64,000 nucleotides of DNA from an uncultured delta proteobacterium. Lineage in GTDB: Bacteria; Myxococcota; B64-G9. The stretch's first letter is position 1, and each line of letters starts with the position of its first letter. Below are positions 39,395 to 49,048 of this stretch, in pieces. The stretch is from contig CAVWHX010000007.1 in the NCBI GenBank assembly GCA_963754925.1, positions 32,001-96,000 on the forward strand, given 5' to 3'. Position numbers and translations under genes: made by a program. A model generated the notes under the pieces. The model was given only the letters and a program-made list of their open reading frames with translations, was not told the origin of the DNA and did no database searches.

Positions 39395-41207
39395 ACCATC
39401 GATCGATCTCTGCTCGCGTCATCTCAATTAACACCGGTCGGCCATGAGGACAACAACCGGCAAAGTCAACCTCCTCAAGACTGGCGAGTAAGGCGCGGAT
39501 CTCCGGTTCGCCCATTGATTTGCCGGAACGAACCGAGGCATGACAGGCCATGCGCGAAAGAATTTCTAGCCGGGCGCTCTCCCAGCTCGCTCCTTGTTCG
39601 AATTCCGACAGTTCCGACAAGACATCCCGCAACAGCGGCCCAACGGGCGCATCGGCCAACAAGGCCGGGACGGCGTGCACCGCGAGCGTCTGGGAATCTA
39701 CGGGTTTCGCCTCAAACCCCAGTTGCGAAAGACTTCCGGTCTGGGCCTCGGCAACCGCCATGAGCCGGCCGTCGAGTTCTAATTGCAGAGGAATCAAGAG
39801 GCGTTGGGAGCGAAGCTGGTCCTTGTCAGCCGCCGCGCGCAGGCGTTCAAACGTCACTCGTTCATGCGCGGCGTGCTGATCGATCAGCACGAAACGATCC
39901 TCGTGCGCAAGCAGCAGGTAGGTATCCCAGAGGCGTCCGACCAGTTCGTAGTCACGTAAACGGTCAGCCGCGACGAGCGCTGCTTGTGTTGGTTGCGGCT
40001 GCGGCATCGGCGGCGTAGATCCCCGCGCGAGGACCTGACCTGGCCGACGTTGGCTTGTTCCGGTGGCGCCTGCCGTCGAGTTTTCGAAGCGGGTCAACGC
40101 CTCGCGCACCCGGCTTGCATACGGCTGCGTTCCGGCGCCTCCCGGTTCCTCGACCGCATGGGCTCCGGCCGATCGCAGCTGGTAGACGCGCGCGCCTTTC
40201 AACCACGGCGAGCGCGCCAGAATATCGACCACCGCGCCGGAGAGAAACGTATGGATGCGTTGACCGTCAATGAACCGCACCTCAACCTTCTGCGGGTGTA
40301 CGTTGACGTCGACCGACTGCGGCGGGAGGGTCAGACGCACTATTACCAGTGGATAACGCCGTTCAGGGAGGATGGTGCGATACCCCTCGCTCACGGCATG
40401 CTGCAGGGTGCGATCGCGCACGAAGCGCCCGTTCACAAACAGATACATTTGCGTCGGGGTCGGATAACTGAGCGAGGGCGCCGAGATGAGTCCGGTAACC
40501 GCGAGATCGCCGTCGCGGTGACTCAAACCGTGAAGGTGCTCAAAAACCTCGCGCCCTAGCAACACGGCGGCCCGTTGGGCAAGGTCTTCGGTCCCCGGCG
40601 CATCGAGTAAGGTGCGCCCATTGTGCTCAAGATGAAAATGCACCTCGGGACGAACCAACCCGAGCCGTAGGATCCACGATTGGATGTGTGCGAGCTCGGT
40701 GGCCGCCGTGCGCAGGAATTTACGCCGGGCCGGGGTGTTATAAAACAGGTCGCTCACCGCCACGTCGGTTCCGATGGGCGCTCCGATCTCGACCACTGCC
40801 GGGCGAGCGCCGGGCTCGCTGCGCAGCTCCGTTCCCGCTTCGTCCTGCCGACGGCGGCTCACGATCCGCAACCGGCTGACCGCTGCAATACTGGCTAAGG
40901 CCTCACCCCTAAACCCCAACGTATGGATTTCCTCCAGATCCGATACCGTACGGATCTTCGAGGTGGCGTGGCTCATCACCGACCGCCCCACATCCGCCCG
41001 GGACATCCCCTCCCCGTCATCGGTGACGCGTATCAAGCGGCGCCCGCCATCCGTTATTTGACAGGCGATACGATGAGCTCCGGCATCTAGGCTATTCTCA
41101 ACGAGCTCTTTGAGTACCGATGCGGGCCGCTCGACCACTTCCCCTGCGGCGATTTGATCGATCAGCTCCGACGGCAACACCTGGATACGATTGTCCGCTC
41201 CATCCAT
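39381..41207 (-). CDS. mutL: DNA mismatch repair protein MutL
   Basis: QIAAGEVVERPASVLKELVENSLDAGA, GFRGEAL, VDVNVHP, endonuclease motif DQHAAHER, ACH, CPHGRP. Confidence 0.97.
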   Translation of the reverse strand: MDGADNRIQVLPSELIDQIAAGEVVERPASVLKELVENSLDAGAHRIACQITDGGRRLIRVTDDGEGMSRADVGRSVMSHATSKIRTVSDLEEIHTLGFRGEALASIAAVSRLRIVSRRRQDEAGTELRSEPGARPAVVEIGAPIGTDVAVSDLFYNTPARRKFLRTAATELAHIQSWILRLGLVRPEVHFHLEHNGRTLLDAPGTEDLAQRAAVLLGREVFEHLHGLSHRDGDLAVTGLISAPSLSYPTPTQMYLFVNGRFVRDRTLQHAVSEGYRTILPERRYPLVIVRLTLPPQSVDVNVHPQKVEVRFIDGQRIHTFLSGAVVDILARSPWLKGARVYQLRSAGAHAVEEPGGAGTQPYASRVREALTRFENSTAGATGTSQRRPGQVLARGSTPPMPQPQPTQAALVAADRLRDYELVGRLWDTYLLLAHEDRFVLIDQHAAHERVTFERLRAAADKDQLRSQRLLIPLQLELDGRLMAVAEAQTGSLSQLGFEAKPVDSQTLAVHAVPALLADAPVGPLLRDVLSELSEFEQGASWESARLEILSRMACHASVRSGKSMGEPEIRALLASLEEVDFAGCCPHGRPVLIEMTRAEIDRWFGRG

Positions 41208-41281
41208 GGGGAGTGTGAATATCACTAAGTGGTTGCCTAAGCAATGGTGCAAGGGATCTCGTCGGTATTGATACTCAAAAC

Positions 41282-41419
41282 GTCATTCCCGCGAACGCGG
41301 CGTGCGGTTAGAGCTTGTTGACGAACGAAGTGAGGATTACAAGCTCTTATCCCTTTAGGGGCTTGGCTGGAATCCAGTCTTTAAAAGGACTTCTGGACCC
41401 CCGCTTTCGCGGGGGTGAC
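41282..41419. repeat. REP/dRS3-like element interrupted by a copy of the two-hairpin element
   Basis: GTCATTCCCGCGAACGCGG[~68 bp insert]GGAATCCAG…CTGGACCCCCGCTTTCGCGGGGGTGAC. The insert contains TTAGAGCTTGT…ACAAGCTCTTATCCCTTTAGGGG. Confidence 0.85.
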
Positions 41420-41513
41420 GGGTTTTTTGAGTTTTGCAACACCCCTACTGATTACTCGATTGACTTGGCTCAGAAGATAGCCTAAAAGACTCCCATGGGC
41501 CGGAGAGCCAACG

Positions 41514-42530
41514 ATGAAGATGTCCAAAAAAAACTTGCCGCCGAATTCAGCCTCACATGTCGTTGCGGTGAGCGGTGCGGCGACGTTCCTCGGCAACCGT
41601 CTCGTCCAAACGCTCGAGGCCGATAAGCGCTATACCAAAATACTAGCCATCGACGAGCAGGCGCCGGACCGAATCGGGCCGCAGACCTGCTTTTGCCAAA
41701 TCGATCTGACCGGCAACGATGCAGGAATGCACCTGCATAAGCTATTTCAAGCTCATAACGTTGACACGCTGGTGCATCTGGCCTTTCGATCCTATCCAAC
41801 CCATGACGGCGCACGAGATCACGAGATGCACGTCATAGGCACCATGCAGGCATTGTACGCGGCGGCCGCCGCCAACCTGCGTAAAGTGGTGATGCTCGGC
41901 AGTACCATGTCCTATGGGGCCAGAGTCGAGAACCCCCAGTTCATCAAGGAGGAACACCCTCTGCACGGCGGTCAGCATGACGGCTATATTCGGGATCTGG
42001 TCGAGGCCGAACGTCAACTTGAAGAGTTCTCAAAAGAACATCCAGCGGTGATAACGACGGTTTTGCGCATGGCTAATCCGCTGGGACCGCATATTGACTC
42101 GTTTTTATCTCGCCTGCTTCGGCGCAGCACGGTCCCGACCGTCCTCGGTTACGATCCGATGGTGCAGTTCTTACACGAAGACGATGCCGTTGCCGCCCTC
42201 AAGCACGCCATCGATCAGGACTTACGCGGGCCGTTTAACATTGCGGCCGAGGGAGCGCTGCCCTTGTTGACGGTGCTACGCCTCGGCGGGCAGGCGTCCC
42301 TCCCCTTGCTCACGCCAGTGGCCAAGCACGTGAGCTACCTCTTGTGGGCGATCCGGGCGGTCGATCTCTACCCCGAATTTATCGATTACCTTCGCTATCC
42401 TTGGATTGGCGACGGCGAGCGGGCGCGTCGGCTCCTCGGATTTTCACCCCGGTATACCAGCCGTGAAACACTGCTCGACTTCATCCAGGTCACGAGACTC
42501 AACCAAGCTCCCCGATCGAAAACAACCTGA
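41514..42530 (+). CDS. NAD-dependent epimerase/dehydratase family protein
   Basis: VAVSGAATFLG Rossmann start, DTLVHLAF, VIGTM, LGYDPMVQFLHEDD. Confidence 0.85.
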   Translation: MKMSKKNLPPNSASHVVAVSGAATFLGNRLVQTLEADKRYTKILAIDEQAPDRIGPQTCFCQIDLTGNDAGMHLHKLFQAHNVDTLVHLAFRSYPTHDGARDHEMHVIGTMQALYAAAAANLRKVVMLGSTMSYGARVENPQFIKEEHPLHGGQHDGYIRDLVEAERQLEEFSKEHPAVITTVLRMANPLGPHIDSFLSRLLRRSTVPTVLGYDPMVQFLHEDDAVAALKHAIDQDLRGPFNIAAEGALPLLTVLRLGGQASLPLLTPVAKHVSYLLWAIRAVDLYPEFIDYLRYPWIGDGERARRLLGFSPRYTSRETLLDFIQVTRLNQAPRSKTT

Positions 42531-42558
42531 CGCTCGTCGACGGCACCAGAAAGTTTGT

Positions 42559-43404
42559 ATGACCGTTCATAAGCGCATCAAACGCAATCAAAAGCAGAAA
42601 AAGGCCGATCAGAAGCTCACCTTCCCCGTCAACGACGTTGATCCCTATGGTTATCGTCCAGCCTATCCGAGAAAGATTGAGCAGTTCGCCATGTTTTTGT
42701 TTGAATCGTATTGGCGAGTCGAGCTCCAAGGTATCGAGAACGTTCCCGATCAGGGACGGGCCCTTCTGGTCGCCAACCATTCGGGCGCCCTCCCCTATGA
42801 TGGTGCCATGATAAAAGTGGCGATCGAGAGGCGCCACCCAGGTCAGCGAGTGTTACGGTTTTTGGTGGAGAACTTCGCTTTCGACCTGCCGTTTATCGGG
42901 GCCCTGCTTAACCGATTGGGAGGAGTACCTGCAACGCCGGAAAATGGTCGTCGCCTGCTTGAGGAGGATCAACTCGTTATGGTCTTTCCCGAGGGTCTCA
43001 AAGGCGTGGGAAAATTATTCAGCGACCGCTACCAACTCAAACGTTTCGGACGAGGCGGTTTTATTAGGCTGGCCTTGCGGGCACGAAGTCCGATCATACC
43101 GGTGGCCGTGGTAGGCGCTGAGGAGATCCATCCGGTATTGGCTAAGATCAAATGGTTAGCCAAGCCATTCGGTTTGCCGTATCTGCCCATAACACCAACG
43201 TTCCCCTGGTTGGGGCCGTTGGGTGCTATCCCGTTGCCCAGCAAGTGGATCATCCGCTTTGGCCAACCAATTAATTTTCATCTCGATCCAGGAATTGACC
43301 CCCGCAATACCTTACACATTATACAACGAGCCGAACAGGTTCGCGCAACCATCCAACGGATGCTGAACGAGCTCATCGAGCTTCGCCCGCACCCCTTTCG
43401 GTAG
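42559..43404 (+). CDS. Lysophospholipid (PlsC-like) acyltransferase
   Basis: ANHSGALPYD (NHX4D-like), VFPEG, PIIPVAVVGAEE. Confidence 0.88.
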   Translation: MTVHKRIKRNQKQKKADQKLTFPVNDVDPYGYRPAYPRKIEQFAMFLFESYWRVELQGIENVPDQGRALLVANHSGALPYDGAMIKVAIERRHPGQRVLRFLVENFAFDLPFIGALLNRLGGVPATPENGRRLLEEDQLVMVFPEGLKGVGKLFSDRYQLKRFGRGGFIRLALRARSPIIPVAVVGAEEIHPVLAKIKWLAKPFGLPYLPITPTFPWLGPLGAIPLPSKWIIRFGQPINFHLDPGIDPRNTLHIIQRAEQVRATIQRMLNELIELRPHPFR

Positions 43405-43417
43405 GAAGCAACGAAAC

Positions 43418-44312
43418 CTACCCAACGACCCGATCGCGACCGGTTTTTTTAGCCTCGTACAGGTTGGTATCGGCGATCTTGATAAACTCAATCGCTTCGC
43501 TGACGTCCTCGTTGAGCGTGGCGACACCAATGGACACCGTTATCGGAATATGGTTACCTTCAAAAACAAAGTCATATTCGCCGACGAGTTTTACCACCTT
43601 CTCGGCCATGTGCATCGCTTGAAGATGCTCCAGCTCGGGGAGAATGACGGCAAATTCTTCCCCGCCATAGCGGGCAAGAAAATCCTCCCGACGAATATTC
43701 AGCTTCACCAGTTCGGCAAGCTGTTTAAGAATGTAGTCGCCGGCCAAGTGCCCAAACGTATCGGTTAACGTTCTTGAAGTGATCGATATCGAAGATCACC
43801 AGCGATAGATCACGGCCGTAACGCCGAGAACGCGAAAGCTCCCGTTCAAGGGTTTCCATGAAATAGCGCTTATTAAAGATTTGGGTAAGCCCGTCGATAG
43901 TAGTGAGACGGTAAATTTCTTCATGATACGCGTTTTCGATATTCTTTCCGGCAAGAAATTTGAATATGGTCCGCCCGATCTTTATCAAATTACCATCGGA
44001 CAGCGCGCGCTCATGAACAAGCTCATCGTTGATATACGTTCCATTGGTGCTGCCCATGTCACACAACACAACGTCCTCTCCATTATTGATGAGCTTCGCA
44101 TGATTGCGCGATACCGATTCCTGATCCACTTGAATATCACATTTTGACGATCGGCCAATGATGACGGTGTTTTTCTCCAAGTTGTACTTCCTTCCCAGAT
44201 CCAGGCCATAGATGACCACGAGACACGACTGGGTAGTCGTGGCGTGCTCACTAATTTTCGAGATCACCGTCACGACCGTCTTGTTCTTACGAACCAATCC
44301 CTCTCCTTTCAC
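43418..44312 (-). CDS. FHA-domain diguanylate cyclase, +1 frameshift near 43764
   Basis: FHA IGR…SRNHA…[36 protein letters not shown] after removing one base. RxxD I-site (RRED) and RYGGEEF. Confidence 0.92.
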
Positions 44313-44375
44313 GTGACTAATAATTAGCAGGGTAACCCGTCATTTGTCCAGAATCCGGACAAATGAAATTGCGCA

Positions 44376-44685
44376 TCACAGAAAATCGGCTGACTTTGTT
44401 TGTACTATTTTTTCTTTAAACGTCGGTTCGGTGATCCGGAAACAAGTGGAATCGGTTACGAATGCGCTTGAGAAAGTACAGCAACTGAGGTGTCTTTACG
44501 TTGCCTTCGATATCCAGGTTATCAAACCGGTACACTCTCACCGAACCGGGTTTTTTCTCCTGGGGGTTGTCTTTCGACAACGCCAACGTCGGGGTCAGGA
44601 GCAAACAAAGCAAAACGACGAGCGCTCTCGTCCATCGATGGGTCGCAGCCTCAAACAACACTGGTTCCTTTTTCATTGAAAACAT
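44376..44685 (-). CDS. Small exported GltF/CglF-like protein, +1 frameshift near 44441
   Basis: Signal peptide, YRFDNLDIEGNVKTP resembles the GltF pattern F.D..IEG...KP. Corrected frame ends …FRITEPTFKEKIVQTKSADFL* at 44376. Confidence 0.65.
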
Positions 44686-44820
44686 AACCGTATAGTACCT
44701 TAATTTTAAGGTAATGGTTGAGAATAAATATTTTCTTCCTCATCTGTTAATCTTTGCTTCCAAGGATGCTCAATTAATATTTAATTATATTATAATATAT
44801 CAATATTATAAGCGATATAC

Positions 44821-45989
44821 CTAATTCTTTACATTATGCTGATCCTTCATGGTTGAATCGGATTTGGTTCTGCAGATGCCGGGATGACTCAACTGCAGGT
44901 CTTCGATGTATCCGTTTGCCCGAGCCGCCAACGCTGCCTCGGCCCGACCGCTCATCAGGAGGCGGTTGAAGGCTTCACAGGCCCATTCCGGTTTGTCGCG
45001 GTAGTTCATATACAGAAGCCCCAAATTGAAAAGGGTATCAGGGTGTCGGGGATCGAGACCGAGTATTTGCTGGTAGGCTTTTTCGGCCTCTGCAATTATT
45101 CCCAAACCTCGTTCGGCTACCGCTTCCCCTACCAGAGCGGGCAGCATGCCAGGATTGTCCTGGGCTACTTGTTTGTAGATCGCTGCCGCCTGGGCATAAT
45201 CTGCATTGGCCATGTATATCGACGCGGCGTTGAGCCCTGCTTCCTCCACGTTAGGATTACTCTGGTGCGCTTTAAGAAATAAATCCAGCGCCTCCTGTAC
45301 GCGATCCTGTTTGAGGCGCGCCAGTCCGAGATTATTCTGAACGCGAGCGTTATCGGGATCCAATACCAGCGCCCGCCGGAAAAGATCCTCAGCCATCTCA
45401 TATTGGCCGAGCTCCGAAAAAATTGTCGCTAGATTGTTGTAGGCCAAGGACTGTCGCGGTTGGCGATCGAGCACCGCGCGGGCTTGTTCCTTGGCCTCTT
45501 CATAGTTACCTTTCAGTCGATAGAGCACCGCCAAATTGTTACGAGCTTCGAGATCGTCGGGGGTATCGCTAAGAATTCTTTCAGTAGACCAATGCCGTCA
45601 TCAAAGCGCTTGAATTGAAGGTACAGCGCCGCTAGATTAAAGGTTGCCTGCCTATCGTGCTTCCGTACTGCCAAAGCTTGTCGGTAGGATTGTTCGGCGC
45701 GTTCTGGATCGTTGCCGCGCGAGAACAACAGTCCCGCATTAACATGAGCCTCATAGAGGGTCGGATCCTCTTCGACAGCCTTCAAAAAGTGTCTCAAAGC
45801 GCTGTGATAATCCGCTTTCGTTCCCGACAGCAAGCGCACACCCTCGTTGAACGCCAGCACCGCCAGGCGGTGATGATCAATAGGAATCGCAGCTTGCGTT
45901 ACCTGCTTCGGCGTCCCCGCGCATGACCATAGATAGCCGAACGTTAGAATGATCCCGAAGCACCCGGCTATTCGGCGAAAACTCGTCAT
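44821..45989 (-). CDS. TPR lipoprotein, GltE/AglT-like, 1-nt deletion frameshift near 45568
   Basis: Lipobox WSC. TPRs continue across the two ORFs (…PDDLEARNNLAVLY…). Sits between GltD-like and GltF-like genes. Confidence 0.7.
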
Positions 45990-48900
45990 GGCCGCCGTCC
46001 CTCCTTCCGCACCGGCAAAGGCTGTTCGATCATCGGAAACGTGGTAAACGAATCAGCCCAACGAGTCGTCGGGCGAATCTCAAGCTCGGCTGGATACTTG
46101 CTCGGATTGAGCTTGCGGAGCATTTCCACCGTTCGTTGGCTCCAAATGCTGTAGTATTGATGCTTGTGTGCCATGTCGAGGCTTATGGTGAAGGCCGAGA
46201 GCGCCTTGTCTTCAATCGGGTATGCAAGCGACTGGATCTCCTGGCGATAGATCTCGAGCTCCCGTTGATTGAGCGCGGTCGGCTGAGGAGATTTATAAAT
46301 GGCTTCGGCAAACGTGGCGTACATATTCCCAATCTGAAACAGCGCCGCCGAACCCCACTCCATATTGCCGGCGGCCACCACTTGTGCAAAAAGACCTTCG
46401 GCCTTTTTCAGCAGTGCCGCTTTTTGCTTGAGTTGGCGAACCAAACGTTCCTTGGGCGGCTGCAGCGTGATGCTGCGGTATTCGTCGAAGACCAACTCAG
46501 CCAACAAAAAACGGCATTCGGCCGCGGCCTGCAACTCGGCCCCGGTCGGAGGTCGGCGAGCGGCAAATTCGGCGCAGTATTCAAGATGCTCCCGCGCCCT
46601 TTTAGTCATGTTTTGTTTGGCAAGCGCCTTGGCGAGGTGCAGTTCGGCAATGCGCGTCCGGCCGTACTTGGGGGCAAAGCGCTTGAGGTAGCTTTCAAAG
46701 CGACGTTCGGCTTCAGCCGGTTGCCCGGCGAGCTCGAGCGACAGCCCGGACATGAACAGCGCGTCGGCCGCTTTCGGGTGATCGGGAAAGAGCTCGGTAA
46801 ACCGCGCCAGCAAACGCGCCTGCTCCCGATAGGCGCGCCGTGCGCCTTGCAACGTTGCGGCCTGCAGCAGCGCCTCAGGGGCGCGACTATCTCTGGGGAA
46901 ATGCTCGGCCAATTCGCCATAGTGCCGGGCAGCCTTTTCGTAGTCGTATTGACGCTCGTAGATCCCGGCGAGCACGACCATGGCCTCTGCCGCCTGCTTA
47001 GGATACCGTTCCATCGCCTGCTGGTAGGTTCGTAGCGCCAGATCGTGCTTGCCGTCTTGCTCAAAGGCCAACCCAGACAGAAACAGCGCCTTCGGGGCAA
47101 GGGGGTTTCCCGGGAACTCATTCACCAAGCGCTGGTACTCGGCGGCTGCCTCGCCGGGTTTATTACTCGCGATCAAGGCACCCGCTTTCTGAAAAACAGC
47201 ATTGCACATAAAGCCGGGAAGCGCCGCGCCGAGCTCCTTACCCGCAAACAACTTCTGTTCAAAAAACTGACGCGCCCATTGTTCCAGAGCGGACCAATCA
47301 GCCATGCGGTTGAAGCAGTCGAGAGCCAGATCGGCCGCGCCCTCGGCAAAAGAATCCTTGGGGTATTTTTGGACCATCGCGAGCAACTGTGCGGATGCGC
47401 TAGCAAAGTCGCCGCGGTTGTAATAAATCCGTCCGACCTCGAAACGCAGTTGGCCCAACTTGGAATCATCAGGAGCCATAACGCCGAATTCTTCGACTGC
47501 TTGGATAAATCCTTTTTCACTATCGGCGAGCGGCACGGCTTTGCTGGGAGGCTCGTGTTTCTTGCCAGTCCGTTCGCGTAGCTGATCAAAAGCCTGGATA
47601 GCCGCAAAGGCGGCTTCTTTTTTCAAGGCCAGATCCTGGCTCTGTCGGGCGGCCTCGCCATAATGGGTTGCCGCAGCCGCATAGTTCTTGAGGCGGTATT
47701 GAACCTCACCCAGGTAAAAGTGAATACGCGGGGCTTGAGCATGGTCGGAGAAACGCGTGAGATATTCCTGGTAGGCTTTGAGCGCAGCCCGATACGAGAC
47801 ATCGGTATGCGCATCTTGGGCTTGCTTATGACGATAGAGCGCGACATAGCGTAGTGCTTCTTCGATCTGACGATTGGTTCGGTCTAACAACGCCTGGTCG
47901 CTTTCATGCAACTGGGCCCAGGATGAGCCCGACCCAAAGCGTTCGGCCAACCGAGTGCGCTCGCTCAGGGCGTCTTCAACATGACCGTGTCGATCGTACG
48001 CCTCGACTATCTTGAGCTGAAAACTCGGCCCGTTGGGATCGAGCGGGAATCGATCCAGCAACATACGGAACGACTCCACGGCCTCATCAAAGCGGCCTTG
48101 GCGTGCCAACACCTCCCCCAGCGAGCGCAACACCCGGATCGAATATTCGTCGCCGCCGACCTCAGCCATGAAGCGATAGGCTTCCTTGGCGCCGCCCGAC
48201 TCGCTAAATGTCAGCGCCAGGTCTTCCGTGGCCTCTTTCTCCAAATCTGAGCCTTTGGTCTCAAGGCGAGACAACGTTTTGTCCGCCTTGGAACGCGCAA
48301 GCACTTCCCGAAAGAGCCCAGCCGCTTTTTTTGCGTTGCCTTCCTTGAAGTAGCACCAGGCAAGCTTATACGTGGCCAAATCGAGTAGCGGCGTATAGGG
48401 GTACTTCAACACGCGTTCATAGGAGCCGATGGCTTTAAGATAATCGGCGTTAGCGAAGTAGTACTCGCCGATCGCAAGGTATGCGTCGGGTACGAAAACA
48501 CTCTGGGGAAAACGAGCGATGAGACTTTTGTAAATTGACAGTGCGGCCGATTCATCGCCCCGTTCATTGAGGGCGAAGCCATAGAGATACAAGACGGTGT
48601 CGGTGTTCGTAAAATCGGGATGTTTCTCGAGGATCTGTTCGTAAATCTTTATCGAAGCTTCAAGCTCCATGCGCGGCTCTTCCGGCCTTTTTCCCAATGC
48701 GTGTTGAAAGGCATCGAGTTCCCGCTCGTAGGCGCGCATGCGCGTGAAGAAATCGGCCTCCGAACGCTCCCACAGGAGCTCCGCTAGACGAAACAGCGCG
48801 TCCGCCCGTTGCGGGGCATCCGGATATCGTCCCAAAAACGTCTGAATCAAATCGATCGCCTTAGCGCGTTCACCGGCCAGCGTTTCTTCACGCCGGTTCA

Positions 48901-49048
48901 TTTCTTGTTCGAAGTAACCGTCCTGTCCGGGCAGCAGGGGACACTGCCCCGCCGTGGCCTGGCTCCCCAGAGCCAGCGCCAGCATCAGGAGCCCGGGTGC
49001 CAGAACCCGGGCGACCGTGAGGAGCGGCGTTCGATTACCGGTGTTCAT
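45986..49048 (-). CDS. Large exported TPR protein, GltD/AgmU-like
   Basis: ~1020 aa TPR array. ALFRLAELLWE, YKLAWCYFK, C-terminal WGSAALFQIG…APIEDKA-like…LNPSKYP. Start MNTG… is followed by a signal peptide. Confidence 0.75.
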   Translation of the reverse strand: MNTGNRTPLLTVARVLAPGLLMLALALGSQATAGQCPLLPGQDGYFEQEMNRREETLAGERAKAIDLIQTFLGRYPDAPQRADALFRLAELLWERSEADFFTRMRAYERELDAFQHALGKRPEEPRMELEASIKIYEQILEKHPDFTNTDTVLYLYGFALNERGDESAALSIYKSLIARFPQSVFVPDAYLAIGEYYFANADYLKAIGSYERVLKYPYTPLLDLATYKLAWCYFKEGNAKKAAGLFREVLARSKADKTLSRLETKGSDLEKEATEDLALTFSESGGAKEAYRFMAEVGGDEYSIRVLRSLGEVLARQGRFDEAVESFRMLLDRFPLDPNGPSFQLKIVEAYDRHGHVEDALSERTRLAERFGSGSSWAQLHESDQALLDRTNRQIEEALRYVALYRHKQAQDAHTDVSYRAALKAYQEYLTRFSDHAQAPRIHFYLGEVQYRLKNYAAAATHYGEAARQSQDLALKKEAAFAAIQAFDQLRERTGKKHEPPSKAVPLADSEKGFIQAVEEFGVMAPDDSKLGQLRFEVGRIYYNRGDFASASAQLLAMVQKYPKDSFAEGAADLALDCFNRMADWSALEQWARQFFEQKLFAGKELGAALPGFMCNAVFQKAGALIASNKPGEAAAEYQRLVNEFPGNPLAPKALFLSGLAFEQDGKHDLALRTYQQAMERYPKQAAEAMVVLAGIYERQYDYEKAARHYGELAEHFPRDSRAPEALLQAATLQGARRAYREQARLLARFTELFPDHPKAADALFMSGLSLELAGQPAEAERRFESYLKRFAPKYGRTRIAELHLAKALAKQNMTKRAREHLEYCAEFAARRPPTGAELQAAAECRFLLAELVFDEYRSITLQPPKERLVRQLKQKAALLKKAEGLFAQVVAAGNMEWGSAALFQIGNMYATFAEAIYKSPQPTALNQRELEIYRQEIQSLAYPIEDKALSAFTISLDMAHKHQYYSIWSQRTVEMLRKLNPSKYPAELEIRPTTRWADSFTTFPMIEQPLPVRKEGRRP

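Noticed and set aside
41381..41596. Short ORF ending PVTPAKAGVQ
   Set aside because: This is the translation of the palindromic repeat, antisense to the epimerase, and not a credible gene.
41514..43404. Epimerase + acyltransferase pair as a novel system
   Set aside because: It resembles a pairing already familiar from Actinobacteria (Rv0501/Rv0502-like) and myxobacteria.
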